Assembly (NCBI RefSeq): GCF_006345805.1
Contig: NW_021830034.1
Coordinates: 1-5,487 of the forward strand
Origin: Octopus sinensis
Lineage: Eukaryota
Reading direction: 5' to 3'
Length of the DNA stretch: 5,487 nt
Shown: in pieces, positions 5,383 through 5,487 of the stretch
Position numbering within the stretch: position 1 is the first letter of the stretch
Layout of the letters: each line of letters starts with the position of its first letter
Program-made: the position numbers and the translations under genes
The notes under the pieces: model-generated
Told to the model about the DNA's origin: nothing
Database searches by the model: none
The model's input: only the letters and a program-made list of their open reading frames with translations

Positions 5383-5487
5383 ATACAACCATTGCTCAAC
5401 TGTAACCTGGTCCACTAAGGAGCTTCTTTGTGAGTACCACCGGATTAAATAAAGCATATATTGTACATTAAATGAATGTGTGTGTAT
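5383..5487 (+). other. Candidate terminal exon with polyadenylation signal (alternatively a 47-nt internal exon using GTGAGT at 5430)
   Basis: Acceptor TTAACTTTTCAG (AG 5381-5382). Overlapping ATTAAA/AATAAA at 5444-5453, followed by a TG-rich stretch at the window end. A competing donor TTT|GTGAGT has GT at 5430-5431. Confidence 0.4.

Noticed and set aside
1-5487. CRISPR array or prokaryotic defence system
   Set aside because: No regularly spaced 23-50-bp repeats with unique spacers and no operon-like ORFs; the sequence has animal intron and retroposon architecture.

Overview
AT-rich animal (eukaryotic) genomic DNA, most likely from a coleoid cephalopod such as Octopus. That assignment rests on recognising the SINE and on the dense (TA)n/(TATG)n/(CATA)n microsatellites; no search was run. 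There is no prokaryotic gene, rRNA, true tRNA or CRISPR array. The window reads as the 5' or intronic part of a spliced + strand transcript: candidate exons 1-111, 403-454 and 5383-5487, a CpG-richer 5' end and a perfect CRE. The candidate intron is filled with repeats: two related 3' ends of a probable RTE-type LINE (one, 1881-2148, still encodes two intact C2H2 zinc fingers), a ~290-bp fold-back/MITE-like palindrome (1336-1624), a decayed probable CR1/L2-type LINE fragment (~2600-3093), a near-perfect 84-bp inverted duplication (3536-3785) that mirrors a splice donor onto both strands, and a full-length tRNA-derived SINE on the - strand (3914-4329). Most long ORFs in the supplied track are microsatellite artefacts; the exception is the C-terminal part of 1749..2099.
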